DNA of 64,000 nt. It comes from Burkholderiales bacterium. GTDB taxonomy: Bacteria; Pseudomonadota; Gammaproteobacteria; Burkholderiales; SG8-39. The notes below the pieces were generated by a model that worked only from the letters and a program-made list of their open reading frames with translations, made no database searches and was not told the DNA's origin. Location of the stretch: positions 5,307-69,306 of the forward strand of contig JAHDYJ010000012.1 in the NCBI GenBank assembly GCA_023383795.1, in the 5' to 3' direction. A program made the position numbers and the translations under genes. Position 1 is the stretch's first letter, and each line of letters opens with the position of its first letter. Shown one piece after another: positions 41,233-50,594 of this stretch.

Positions 41233-42091
41233 TCACTCGCGCAGCAGGCGGCGCAGCTGCTCGTCGCGGGGCAATCCGGCGGCGGCGAGACTCGCGGCGA
41301 ACGCCGAGCGCGGCCCCACGAGCGGCGCCGCGTCGCACTCGAGGAAGACGAGCCGGTCGGCGCCGTGATCGTGGATGAGGTCGATGCGCGCCGCCCAGTC
41401 GACGCCGAGCGCTTCGACGATCGCGCGCGCCGTGCGGCGGACGCGCGCGGCGAGCGCGGCGTCCTCGAGCGGGGCGCGCCCCGGGCGCAGCACGTACTTG
41501 CGACCGAACGAGTAGGGCACGCCCTCGGGCAGCAGGATCCGCAGCGGAGCGCCGACGCATCCGCCGAGCACGGCGATCGTGAGCTCGGCCCCGCGCGCCT
41601 GCTCCTGCGCGATCATCCGCTGGCTGCGCAGCCGCGCCGGGAGCGGGCCCGCGCGCACCAGCCGCAGGCCGATCGAATCGGAACCGCGCCGGGGCTTCAG
41701 CACGAGCGGAAAGCGCAGGCCCTCGGCGTCGTCTGCGAGCGCCGTGGGGGGGGCAGTGCACGCCGTGCGCGGCGGCGAGGCGTGCGGCGCCGTACTTGTC
41801 GTAGCAGCGCTCCAGCGCGTCCGCGCCCGGGCCGATGTACGGTATGCCGGCCCGCGTCAGGGCGCGGGTCGCTGCGAGCAGCACCGGATCGGAGAGGCGC
41901 AGCAGCGCGCCCGGCGGGAGCCGCGCGGCGTCGCGCGCGCGGTACGGCCGCAGGGCGGGGCGGCGCCGGCGCTGCGCGAGCTCGCCCGCGAGCTCGCGCG
42001 CCTCGGCGCGATGGACCCACGCGAGCGGATGCGCTCGCCATGCGTCGTGGACGACGAGGATGCCGGCCGCCGGCTCGCCCGGAGAAGCCAT
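41233..42091 (-). pseudogene. D-Ala-D-Ala ligase-like ATP-grasp gene with a +1 frameshift in a C8 run (41746-41753)
   Basis: GIPYIGPGADALERCYDK in one frame; FPLVLKPRRGSDSIG, ELTIAVLG, ARIDLI, FLECD in the next; removing one C joins them. Confidence 0.75.
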
Positions 42092-42250
42092 GGCGCGAGG
42101 ATTGCACAGATCCGGCAGGCCGGCGCCGCGGCCGGATCGAGCGGAAGCGGCATTCCTGCGCGCGACAAACACCGCACGCCGCCCGCGCAGCGCCGATGGA
42201 CACTGCGTCGCGGCGGGCGTATCGTGGCTTCGTTGACGGCGGAGGTCTTC

Positions 42251-42763
42251 ATGCGCGCAATCGCGATGCTCGTCGCCGCGTTCCCCGTGGCGGTTCTCGC
42301 CCAATACATCCCGCAGCCGGTGATCCCGCAGACCAGCGTGCCCGGCGCGGGCTACTCCGGGAGTTATCAGCAAGCGCCGGGCGTCGGCGTCGGGGTCGTC
42401 GCGCCGCTCCAGGGCGGCGGCGCGGTCATCGTGGGCCCCGGGCAAGCGCGGGGATACATCGTGACGGACCGCAATCCGTGGGGCACCGGCGTGATCGGAC
42501 CTGGCGGCGCCGCGACCTACGTCGTGCCGAACGCCGGCGGCAGCACGATCCTCTCGCCCGGCGGCACGACGATCGTCCGCCCGAATCCGGCCGGCGGCAC
42601 GACGATCATCGGGCCAAACCAGCCGACGACGTTGTTCGTGCCCACCGAGCGCGGCGGTTCGGTGATCCTGGGGCCCGGCGGGACCGGCTACATCGTTCCG
42701 ACGCCGCAGGGCACTTACGTCCAGCCGCCGGCCAATCCGCCGCTGATCATCTACGATCGCTAG
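42251..42763 (+). CDS. Secreted Gly/Pro/Thr-rich beta-hairpin repeat protein of unknown function
   Basis: GGAGG RBS; signal peptide ending AVLA; repeated GG-x-x-I-I-GPGG-T-Y-I-V-P units; coding-like codon usage. Confidence 0.7.
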   Translation: MRAIAMLVAAFPVAVLAQYIPQPVIPQTSVPGAGYSGSYQQAPGVGVGVVAPLQGGGAVIVGPGQARGYIVTDRNPWGTGVIGPGGAATYVVPNAGGSTILSPGGTTIVRPNPAGGTTIIGPNQPTTLFVPTERGGSVILGPGGTGYIVPTPQGTYVQPPANPPLIIYDR

Positions 42764-42970
42764 GGCATCGCGGGGCGCTGCGCCTGTCGAGACTCCGACG
42801 CGCCAACGCGATGCGACGTCGGCGGCGTCGAGCGTTTTGACACGACGGCGCGGGCACCGGCGGTGCGACTCGCGAGACGACGTCGACGAGCGCGCACGCA
42901 CGTGCGCCGCGTCCCGCTATTGAAGTAGGTACCCTGATGTACTAGAGTCGGCGGTCTGAGGAGACGGCGC

Positions 42971-43687
42971 ATGGCGGGAGGGCCCCGGGGGTTTGGATGG
43001 CGGTTGTGCGCGTCGGCCGCGTTGCCGCTCGCCGTGCTGCTGTCCGGCGTCGCCGCGGCGCAAGGCTTCAAGTTCGAGCAGAACCCCGGCGCCGACCGGG
43101 CGGCCGCCGAGGCCGCCGCCCGGCAGCAGCGCGTCACGCAGAACCTCTCGACGCCGTGCCGCCAGTCGATCAAGAACAAGAAGATCATGGTCATCATCGG
43201 CGAGCAGCAGACCAACGGCTACGTGCTCGCGCAGCAGCAGAACTACGGTCCGCACTTCCAGGTGATCAACGCGCGGCTGCAGGCGCTCGGCCTGCGGACC
43301 TACACGCCCGAGGAGATCCGCAAGCAGATCGCCCAGGCCGAGATCGACGCGTACTTCCGCAACGATCCCGACGCAGCGCTCTCGGCGTCGCGCCGGCTCG
43401 GGGCGAGCTTCATCCTGCGCGGCCTGATCACCGCGCAGGCGAGCTTCAACCCGATCGTGCGCGTCAACCAGGTGTCGGTGGGCATGGGCTTCACGCTGGC
43501 CGCGGCGAGCGGGCGCACGGTCGCGGACGCGAACGCGGCGGCGGCCTCGTACGCCGGGCCGGACGTGCGCGCGATGGCCCTCACGCTCCTGAACGAGCAC
43601 GCGGACGAGGTCGTCTCGAAGCTCTACAGCGACTACTGCCGGAACGCGGAGCCCGCGGCGCCGGCGAAAGGTGCGGGGGCGCAGTGA
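42971..43687 (+). CDS. Secreted hypothetical protein (CsgG/FlgT-middle-like alpha/beta fold)
   Basis: Signal peptide; KIMVIIGE, LQALGL, ASRRLGASFILRG pattern; two Cys. The fold call is inference. Confidence 0.7.
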   Translation: MAGGPRGFGWRLCASAALPLAVLLSGVAAAQGFKFEQNPGADRAAAEAAARQQRVTQNLSTPCRQSIKNKKIMVIIGEQQTNGYVLAQQQNYGPHFQVINARLQALGLRTYTPEEIRKQIAQAEIDAYFRNDPDAALSASRRLGASFILRGLITAQASFNPIVRVNQVSVGMGFTLAAASGRTVADANAAAASYAGPDVRAMALTLLNEHADEVVSKLYSDYCRNAEPAAPAKGAGAQ

Positions 43688-43758
43688 GCCGCGCAGTGAA
43701 CCAGGACAACCGCGCGCCCATCGGCCAACGTCAGTCGTCTCAACGCGGAGGAACGCAC

Positions 43759-44586
43759 ATGAACAACTTTCGCGGCAGCCTGATCGCCGGCCTTGCGGCC
43801 GGTCTCGCCCTCGCCGGCCCGGTCATCGCCCAGCCGACCTTCCAGAGCGCCTCCCCGACCGCCGGCACCGCCACGTCGGAGCGGGCGAACGAGATGGCCG
43901 ACAAGGCCATGTACAAGCCGATCGAGTACACGAACGCTGCCAAGAAGGGCCCCGCGCTCGTCGTGATCCCCGGCGAGATCAAGAGCAGCAACGCGACCTT
44001 CCTGCAGAAATTCGGGCCGACCAACATCGCCGACTTCGCGGAGATCGAGCTCAGCAAGGCCAACTTCCAGGTCCTCGAGCGCTCGAACCTCGGCCCGATC
44101 CTGAACGAGTTCTCGCTGGCGTACAACCTCGGTGATCCGCAGAAGGCGCGCCAGTACCTCGGCATGGGGAAGCTGCGCAGCACGAAATACATCGTGAAGT
44201 TCGACATCCTCAAGACCGAGCAGGTGGCCGCCGCGCAGCAGGGCTTCGACGGCGCCTCGATCGGGCGCGTGATCGGGATCCTCGGCGCGTTCAGCGGCTC
44301 GACCGGCGGCGCCCGCGCGGGGGCGGTCGGCGAGACCGCGGTCGGGTCGGTGAAGACCGGCGACTCGACCGGCGTCTGGGTGATCGGCATGCGCTACAAG
44401 ATCATGGACGCCGAGACCACCGAGCAGCTCGCGCAGGGCTACACCGAGGAGAAGATGGAGGTCGGCGCGACCGGCACATCGGTCATGGGCGTCTCGCAGT
44501 CCGCGCAGGGCGGCGTCGGCCTCGACACGATGGTCCAGCGCCTGGTGCAGAAGTCGGTGTGGGAAATCGACAACAAGTACAAGTGA
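43759..44586 (+). CDS. Secreted CsgG/HfaB-like protein
   Basis: Signal peptide; FQVLERSNLGPILNE resembles the CsgG F-x-V-x-ER motif; glycine-zipper segment; RYKIMDAETTE. Confidence 0.65.
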   Translation: MNNFRGSLIAGLAAGLALAGPVIAQPTFQSASPTAGTATSERANEMADKAMYKPIEYTNAAKKGPALVVIPGEIKSSNATFLQKFGPTNIADFAEIELSKANFQVLERSNLGPILNEFSLAYNLGDPQKARQYLGMGKLRSTKYIVKFDILKTEQVAAAQQGFDGASIGRVIGILGAFSGSTGGARAGAVGETAVGSVKTGDSTGVWVIGMRYKIMDAETTEQLAQGYTEEKMEVGATGTSVMGVSQSAQGGVGLDTMVQRLVQKSVWEIDNKYK

Positions 44587-44676
44587 TCCGCCGGGCAAGG
44601 CACGACGCGCGACGCCGGCCCGCTGCCGGCGTCGGCGTCTTTGGGCGCGATCGCTCGTTCGGGGAGAGGACGGCGC

Positions 44677-47103
44677 ATGAGTGAGGTCACCAGACTCGGC
44701 AAGTTCGAGGTCCGCCGCGAGCTCGGCAAGGGCGCCATGGGCGTCGTCTACGAGGGCTTCGACCCGATGATCGAGCGGACCGTGGCGATCAAGACGATCC
44801 GCGCCGAGAACCTGCAGGGCGAGGACGCCCAGGAGCAGCTCGCGCGCTTCCGCCGCGAGGCGCAGGCCGCGGGCCGCCTCACGCACCCGAACGTGGTGTC
44901 GATCTACGACTTCGGCCTCGACGACGGCACGTACTACATCGCGATGGAGTTCGTGAAGGGCCGCGAGCTGCAGGACATCCTGGGCCAGAACGAGCGGTTC
45001 GGCATCCCGGGCGTGGTCCAGGTCATGACGCAGCTGCTCGAGGCGCTCGACTACTCGCACCGGAACGGCGTCGTCCACCGCGACATCAAGCCCGCGAACA
45101 TCATCCTGCTCGAGGACGGCACGGTGAAGGTCGCCGACTTCGGCATTGCGCGCGTCGAGTCGTCGAACCTCACGCAGGCCGGGATGGTGCTCGGGACGCC
45201 GAGCTACATGTCGCCCGAGCAGTTCATGGGGCAGACCGTGGACGGGCGGTCGGATCTCTTCTCGGCCGGCGTGATCCTCTACCAGCTGCTGACCGGCGAG
45301 AAGCCGTTCACCGGCTCGATCACCACGATCATGCACAAGGTGCTGCAGGAGCAGCCGCTGCCGCCCTCGACGCTGAACGTGCAGGTGCCGCGCGCGTTCG
45401 ACGCGGTCGTGCAGAAGGCGCTCGCGAAGCGTCCCGACGAGCGCTACCAGACCGGCCGCGAGTTCGCGGCCGCGATCAAGCAGGCGGCCGTCGCGGCCGG
45501 AGCGGGCTCGCCCGCCGATGCGACCATGGTCAACGCGGCGGCGGCGACGATGGCGGCCAAGGCGCCGCCACGGCCGGCCGAGGCGACGCAGCGGGCCGCG
45601 AAGGTCGAGGCGCCGCGCAAGCCCTCCGTCCTGCCGCCGCCGGCGAAGCGCTCGCAGGCGCCGGTGATCGCCGTGTTCGGCGGCCTCGCCGTGCTCGCCG
45701 TCGCGGCTGCCGCGTGGCTGCTCCTGGCGAGGGCGTCGCAGCCTGCCGTCACGGCGGAGCCCGCCGCTGGCTCGGGAGCCGCGCCTGCCGTCGCGGCACA
45801 GGCTGCTGCGGCGAGCGCGTCCGCTCCCGTCGCCGTTGCGGCTCCGGCCGCGCCGCCGGCGACCTCGCCGCCGCCCGCGCCGGTGGTGGTGTCTGCACCG
45901 CCGACCATGCCGGCAGCACCCCCCGGCACGGTCGTCGTCGCGGCGCTCGGGCTCGCCGATCCCTCGGACGCGCGCTACAAGGACGACCAAGCCGCGCTGC
46001 AGGCGGCGCTGCGCGCCGACTCGCGCGGCCAGCTCGTCGAGAAGGCGCTCGGCCTGTACGTCGAGCGGACCTCGCTCACGCGTCACTACGACCGGCTGCG
46101 CGAGACGCTGCTCGCCCGCAGCAACGACTACATCGCGTCGGTCGTGCAGGAGTCCGCGCCGCAGCTCGGCAAGGACGGGCTCATGTACGTCACCACCCAG
46201 GCGGTGGTGAAGTCGAAGGAGCTGCAGAAGTCGCTGAACCAGATGTCGCGCGACGAGCGCATCGACTTCATCCGCAACAACGGCGACCCGAAGATCTCGG
46301 TGCGGGTGACGACGCGCGACGCCGACCGCGCGGACGGCCCGGCGCAGCCCTCGGCGATCGCCGAGAACGTCCTCAAGGAGCGCATCAAGTCGTTCGGTTT
46401 CCGCACCTGGTCGGACGATGCCGGAGCCGCCAAGCCGGACTTCGCGGTCGTCGGCGAGGCGCGCATCAAGAGACTCTCGGCGCGGCTGCAGGCCTCCGGC
46501 CTGACGATCAGCAAGTTCACGCTGACCTCGTGGACGGTGAAGTGCACCGACCGCGAGAGCGGCGAGGAGATCTACTTCAACAACACGCTGCCGAAGGGCG
46601 TCGGCAGCTGGGCGAGCGAGGAGGAGGCGGTGCGCGCGATCGGCCAGAGGCTCGCCGACGAGTTCTCGCGCGACTTCTTCCTGCAGCACTTCGGCATGAG
46701 CGGGCAGCGGGCGGTGCTCAAGCTCCAGGGCGTGACCGACCCCCGCATGGCCGAGCTCCTCGGCCGCGAGCTGATCGGCCTCGGAACGGTGCTCTGGAGC
46801 GCGCCGCGGCCGGGCGCCTCGCCGCGCACCTTCGACGTGCAGCTCGCCGGCGGTGGTGCGGTGCAGGACCTGGTCGCAGAGGGAATCCTGAAGCCGCTGA
46901 ACGCGAAGCTCGGCAAGGCCTGCTTCGGGCTCGGCGCGAGCGCCGGCGACGAGGTGACGATCACGCGCGACCCGTCGTGCGCCGAGGCGAGCGTCGTCCA
47001 GCAGCTCGAGAGCGCGCCGCCCGCGGGGCTCTACCGTGCGCCGCCGTCGCGGCAGCAGTCGGTGGTGAAGAACCCCGAGACGCTCAAGAAGCTGACGATC
47101 TGA
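44677..47103 (+). CDS. Hanks-type Ser/Thr kinase with a TM helix and periplasmic FlgT/LPP20-like region
   Basis: LGKGAMGVVY, VAIK, HRDIKPAN, DFG, GTPSYMSPE; Ala/Pro linker; TM VIAVFGGLAVLAVAAAAWLLL. Confidence 0.93.
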   Translation: MSEVTRLGKFEVRRELGKGAMGVVYEGFDPMIERTVAIKTIRAENLQGEDAQEQLARFRREAQAAGRLTHPNVVSIYDFGLDDGTYYIAMEFVKGRELQDILGQNERFGIPGVVQVMTQLLEALDYSHRNGVVHRDIKPANIILLEDGTVKVADFGIARVESSNLTQAGMVLGTPSYMSPEQFMGQTVDGRSDLFSAGVILYQLLTGEKPFTGSITTIMHKVLQEQPLPPSTLNVQVPRAFDAVVQKALAKRPDERYQTGREFAAAIKQAAVAAGAGSPADATMVNAAAATMAAKAPPRPAEATQRAAKVEAPRKPSVLPPPAKRSQAPVIAVFGGLAVLAVAAAAWLLLARASQPAVTAEPAAGSGAAPAVAAQAAAASASAPVAVAAPAAPPATSPPPAPVVVSAPPTMPAAPPGTVVVAALGLADPSDARYKDDQAALQAALRADSRGQLVEKALGLYVERTSLTRHYDRLRETLLARSNDYIASVVQESAPQLGKDGLMYVTTQAVVKSKELQKSLNQMSRDERIDFIRNNGDPKISVRVTTRDADRADGPAQPSAIAENVLKERIKSFGFRTWSDDAGAAKPDFAVVGEARIKRLSARLQASGLTISKFTLTSWTVKCTDRESGEEIYFNNTLPKGVGSWASEEEAVRAIGQRLADEFSRDFFLQHFGMSGQRAVLKLQGVTDPRMAELLGRELIGLGTVLWSAPRPGASPRTFDVQLAGGGAVQDLVAEGILKPLNAKLGKACFGLGASAGDEVTITRDPSCAEASVVQQLESAPPAGLYRAPPSRQQSVVKNPETLKKLTI

Positions 47104-47206
47104 GGGAAGTACTCGGGGGCAGGTCTCGCCGGAGCGATGACCGCATTCTCACGCGGTCTCCCCGCACTTGCGCGAATGACGTGCGCGGAGGCCGTCCCCG
47201 CGGGCG

Positions 47207-48112
47207 TCAGTCGTCCTTCGGCCGGACCTCGCACACGAACGTGACGACCTCGGCTCCGGGCGCGCTCGCCGAGTGGCCGAAGCAGAGCATGCCACGCCCG
47301 CGCAGCAGCACCTGATCGCGCCGCACCACCGTCTCGACGCCGTCCTCGAGCGTGACGTAGGTGCCGTTGGTGCTCAGGTCCACGTAGTAGAAGCGGTCGG
47401 CGCGCCGCTCGATGCGACCGTGCAGGCGCGAGGCCATGCGGTCGGTGATCGAGATGTGGTGGATCGCGTCGCGGCCGATCTGCACGGCGGGCAACGCGTC
47501 GTCCATTACCAGCGTCCGCACGCCGTGCGTCAGCCGCAGGACGGATTCGATCCTGGCCGGGCCGCGGTTCGATGCCAGCATCGTCAGGTCGTCGCCCGTC
47601 TGCCACAGCACCTCGCAGACCTCGACCTCGGACTGCTTGCCCTTCACCGACAATGCCGCCACCTCGCGCGTGCTCTCGCGCAGCATCGGCGAGAGCGCGG
47701 CGACGGTCGCGCCGGTGGTGATGATCTGGCCGCCCTTCGCGAAGCCGGCCATCCGCGCGGCGGTGTTGACCGCGTCGCCGAAGTAGTCGCCGCTCTCCTC
47801 GATCGCCTCGCCGTAGTGGAAGCCGATCCGGATCGCGAGCTGCACTTGGCCGAACGGCGGCAGGGCGGAGATGCGGTTCTGCATCTCGGTGGCGGCCTGC
47901 AGGGCGGCGTCGGCGTCGGGGAACGCCGCCATGACCTCGTCGCCGATCGTCTTCACGACCGTCCCGCGGTAGGCGGCGACCGCGCGCTTCATGACGTCGA
48001 TGGCGGTCTCGACCGCGGTCAGGGCGGCGCGGTCGCCGAGGACTTCGTACAGGGTGGTGCTGCCGCTCACGTCCGCGAAGAGGAGGGCCAGGCTCCGAGC
48101 GTTCGACGTCAT
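47207..48112 (-). CDS. Class III adenylate/guanylate cyclase with C-terminal FHA domain
   Basis: FADVSGST, KTIGDEVM, GDYFGDAVNTAARM; FHA motifs IGR, SRLHG, DLSTNGT. Confidence 0.92.
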   Translation of the reverse strand: MTSNARSLALLFADVSGSTTLYEVLGDRAALTAVETAIDVMKRAVAAYRGTVVKTIGDEVMAAFPDADAALQAATEMQNRISALPPFGQVQLAIRIGFHYGEAIEESGDYFGDAVNTAARMAGFAKGGQIITTGATVAALSPMLRESTREVAALSVKGKQSEVEVCEVLWQTGDDLTMLASNRGPARIESVLRLTHGVRTLVMDDALPAVQIGRDAIHHISITDRMASRLHGRIERRADRFYYVDLSTNGTYVTLEDGVETVVRRDQVLLRGRGMLCFGHSASAPGAEVVTFVCEVRPKDD

Positions 48113-48254
48113 TCCGCCCTTCGATTCTTGTAGTTGATCGACCGTAGGATAGCGCCAGAACGGCTTCCGGACATGTGCATCGTGCGCCGGCGGGTGTCGG
48201 ATCCCCGACTCCTCGCCTCGCCGGCCGGTGCGGCGAGCGCTACGATGGCCGCCG

Positions 48255-49676
48255 CTAAAGCCGGCGCTGCCGCGCCTGCCAGTGCTTCTCGAGGTTGTAG
48301 GCGAGCTGCTCGCTCAGATGGCAGAACGCCTGCTCACGGGCGTACACGACCATGTACTCGCGCAGGCGATCCAGCGGCTCGGTCTGGACCCGCAATGCCT
48401 TGCGGTTGCCGCCGGCGCTCACCATGCCCGAGCCGAGCGCGTTCGCCACGGCGGACTCGACGGCGGCGTCCAGCCGCTCGCGCGGGTGGACCTCGCGGAC
48501 CAGACCCGCCGCGGCGGACTCCTCCACCGAGAAGCGGCGGTCGAACATGATGCCGTCGCGCGCGACCGACTCGCCCACGAACCGCGGCAGGCGCAGGTTG
48601 GCGCAGCCCGGAATGATTCCCTCCTTGCGCGCGGGCAGGTTGAAGTAGGCGCCCTGCTCGGCGATCACGTAGTCCATCACGAGCAGGAGCTGGCACCCGC
48701 CGCCGATCGCGAACGACTCGACCACGGCGATCCACGGCTTCTCGTGCGTGTCGTCCGGCTCGTCCAGACGGAAGTCGGGCCGCGCGTGGCCGCGGTAGAG
48801 CTTGTTCACGAACCCCAGGTCGCGGACGAGGTAGAAGAGGTAGGGCAGCTTGCCGTGGTAGAGGCGGGTGAGGTTGAGGCCGGCGGAGAAGATCCGCCGG
48901 CCCTTGTACTTCGGGTGGTCGACCGGGTCGCCGCGCAGCACGCCCATCTTGAGCCCCGGATGCAGCAGGACGAGGTCGGTCGCGAGCTCCTGCGCGTCGA
49001 GCGCCGTGTCGTCCTCCGCGTTCAGGTAGCGCGGGTAGGTGAAGTAGAGGTAGCCGCATTCGCCCATCGCCTCGACGCGCACCGGGCCGAGATCGAGGCG
49101 GCCGCGCGCGACGAACTCGTCGAGCCGCGCGAGGGCCGCCGGCGTCGGCTGCAGCATGGCGAGCAGCATGTGGGTCCCGATCCGCCGGTCGTTCATGAGC
49201 TGCGACACGAGGACCCCTTGCGCGATCTCGCGGCCGTCCTTGTCGATCTGCATGCGGTTCGCTTCCTCGGCGACCTCGGCGCGCGTCGGCACGAGGCCCG
49301 GCCACAGCTCCGCCGCCCGCCACGCCAGATCGTCGATGCGCAGGCTGCGGCGGAAGTCGTCGGTGAGCCGCCGGTAGATCGCCTCGCGATGCGCCCGTGC
49401 GAAGCGCCAGACGAGGTCGGCCATCGCGCGCACCATCAGCGCCCCGGCCTGCATCTCGGCCGCGCCGCGCTTCGAGCGAAGCGGCAGGCGTGCGAGGAGG
49501 GCCCACCCCGCCGCGGTGTGCGCGCCCAGCGCGGCGGCATCGGCGGCGAGCCGGTCGCCGTTGCCGGCCTCGGCGAAGGTGCGGGTCTCGACCTGCCGCA
49601 GCCAGTCGTGCGCGGCCTGGTCGAAGCCGGCGGCCGCGAGCTGCCGGCAGGCGATTTCGAGCGTCTGTGCGTGCAT
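48255..49676 (-). CDS. dpgC: DpgC-like crotonase-fold cofactor-free dioxygenase
   Basis: PGLVPTRAE, KDGREI, LNAEDD, HPKYKGRRIFSAGLNL, KPWIAVVESFAIGGGCQLLL, KEGIIPG, EQAFCHLS. Confidence 0.8.
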   Translation of the reverse strand: MHAQTLEIACRQLAAAGFDQAAHDWLRQVETRTFAEAGNGDRLAADAAALGAHTAAGWALLARLPLRSKRGAAEMQAGALMVRAMADLVWRFARAHREAIYRRLTDDFRRSLRIDDLAWRAAELWPGLVPTRAEVAEEANRMQIDKDGREIAQGVLVSQLMNDRRIGTHMLLAMLQPTPAALARLDEFVARGRLDLGPVRVEAMGECGYLYFTYPRYLNAEDDTALDAQELATDLVLLHPGLKMGVLRGDPVDHPKYKGRRIFSAGLNLTRLYHGKLPYLFYLVRDLGFVNKLYRGHARPDFRLDEPDDTHEKPWIAVVESFAIGGGCQLLLVMDYVIAEQGAYFNLPARKEGIIPGCANLRLPRFVGESVARDGIMFDRRFSVEESAAAGLVREVHPRERLDAAVESAVANALGSGMVSAGGNRKALRVQTEPLDRLREYMVVYAREQAFCHLSEQLAYNLEKHWQARQRRL

Positions 49677-49747
49677 TCCCGTGGCAACGTCGGTATGCGA
49701 GCGTCCAATGGTAAGACCGGACGCCGCCACGTCGCCCGGGCGGTATT

Positions 49748-49769
49748 GCAAATGAGAATGCAGTATCAG
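49748..49769. promoter_or_regulatory. Fur-box-like operator
   Basis: GCAAATGAGAATGCAGTATCAG resembles GATAATGATAATCATTATC; an AT-rich island just upstream of the fur-family gene. Confidence 0.6.
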
Positions 49770-49781
49770 TAGAATCGGGCC

Positions 49782-50186
49782 ATGGAGCGCCTGACGCGCC
49801 AGCGGATCGCCATCGCGACGGTCATCGAGGCCGCGCGACGGCCGCTGTCGCCCCAGGAAATCTGCGACGCCGCCCAGGCGCACGTCGCGGGGCTCGGGGT
49901 GGCGACCGTGTACCGGACGCTGAAGGCGATGATCGCCGAGGGGGCGGTGCGCGGCGTGGAGCTTCCCGGGGAGCCGCCGCGCTACGAGCCGACCGGCCTC
50001 GGCCACCATCACCATTTCCGCTGCGACGGCTGTGCGCGCGTGTTCGACTTCGACGCCTGCCCGGGCGGCCTGGACGCGCTCGCGCCCAAGGGCTTCGTGT
50101 CCGAGCGGCATGAGTTCGTCCTCTACGGCAAGTGCCCGGAATGCGCTGCGCGCAAGCGCGGCGTCGGCACCCGCGCCAGGCGCTGA
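49782..50186 (+). CDS. Fur family transcriptional regulator (Zur-like)
   Basis: TRQR, ATVYRTL, HHHHFRCDGC, C-terminal CPEC. Confidence 0.92.
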   Translation: MERLTRQRIAIATVIEAARRPLSPQEICDAAQAHVAGLGVATVYRTLKAMIAEGAVRGVELPGEPPRYEPTGLGHHHHFRCDGCARVFDFDACPGGLDALAPKGFVSERHEFVLYGKCPECAARKRGVGTRARR

Positions 50187-50187
50187 G

Positions 50188-50493
50188 ATGATGGGCGCGA
50201 CGGCGGTCCGCCTGCTGCTCGCGATCGCGCTCCTGCTGGGGCAGGTCGGCGCCTACGCGCACGGCCTCGTGCACCTCGACCAGGCGGCGCCGGGCAGCCA
50301 CGAAGGCGAGGCGCCGCATCCGCCGTGCGAGCTCTGCGCGGCGTACGCCGTCGCCACGGCGCCCCCTGCGGCGCCGGCGCCGCTCCCGCTGGCGGCCGCG
50401 GCGGCCATCCCGATTCCTTCCCGGATCGCCGACGCAGTCAGTCAGCGCGCCGCTCGCGCGCACCGGCCACGCGGGCCGCCCCCGCTCACCTAG
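50188..50493 (+). CDS. DUF2946/CruR-like leader protein (CxxC plus C-terminal RGPP)
   Basis: N-terminal hydrophobic segment, His residues, CELC, ends RPRGPPPLT; directly upstream of the TonB receptor. Confidence 0.75.
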   Translation: MMGATAVRLLLAIALLLGQVGAYAHGLVHLDQAAPGSHEGEAPHPPCELCAAYAVATAPPAAPAPLPLAAAAAIPIPSRIADAVSQRAARAHRPRGPPPLT

Positions 50494-50594
50494 ACCGATG
50501 CCGCCGCGCGGGGACCCCCCGTGCGCCGAATCCACGCCCGGGCGCAAGCCCGGATGGCACGGCAGTGCGCCGCGCTCACAGGGGAGCCTCCCGT

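Noticed and set aside
44677-48112. T6SS PpkA/Fha regulatory pair
   Set aside because: No tss genes or PppA phosphatase in the window, and the FHA is fused to a cyclase.
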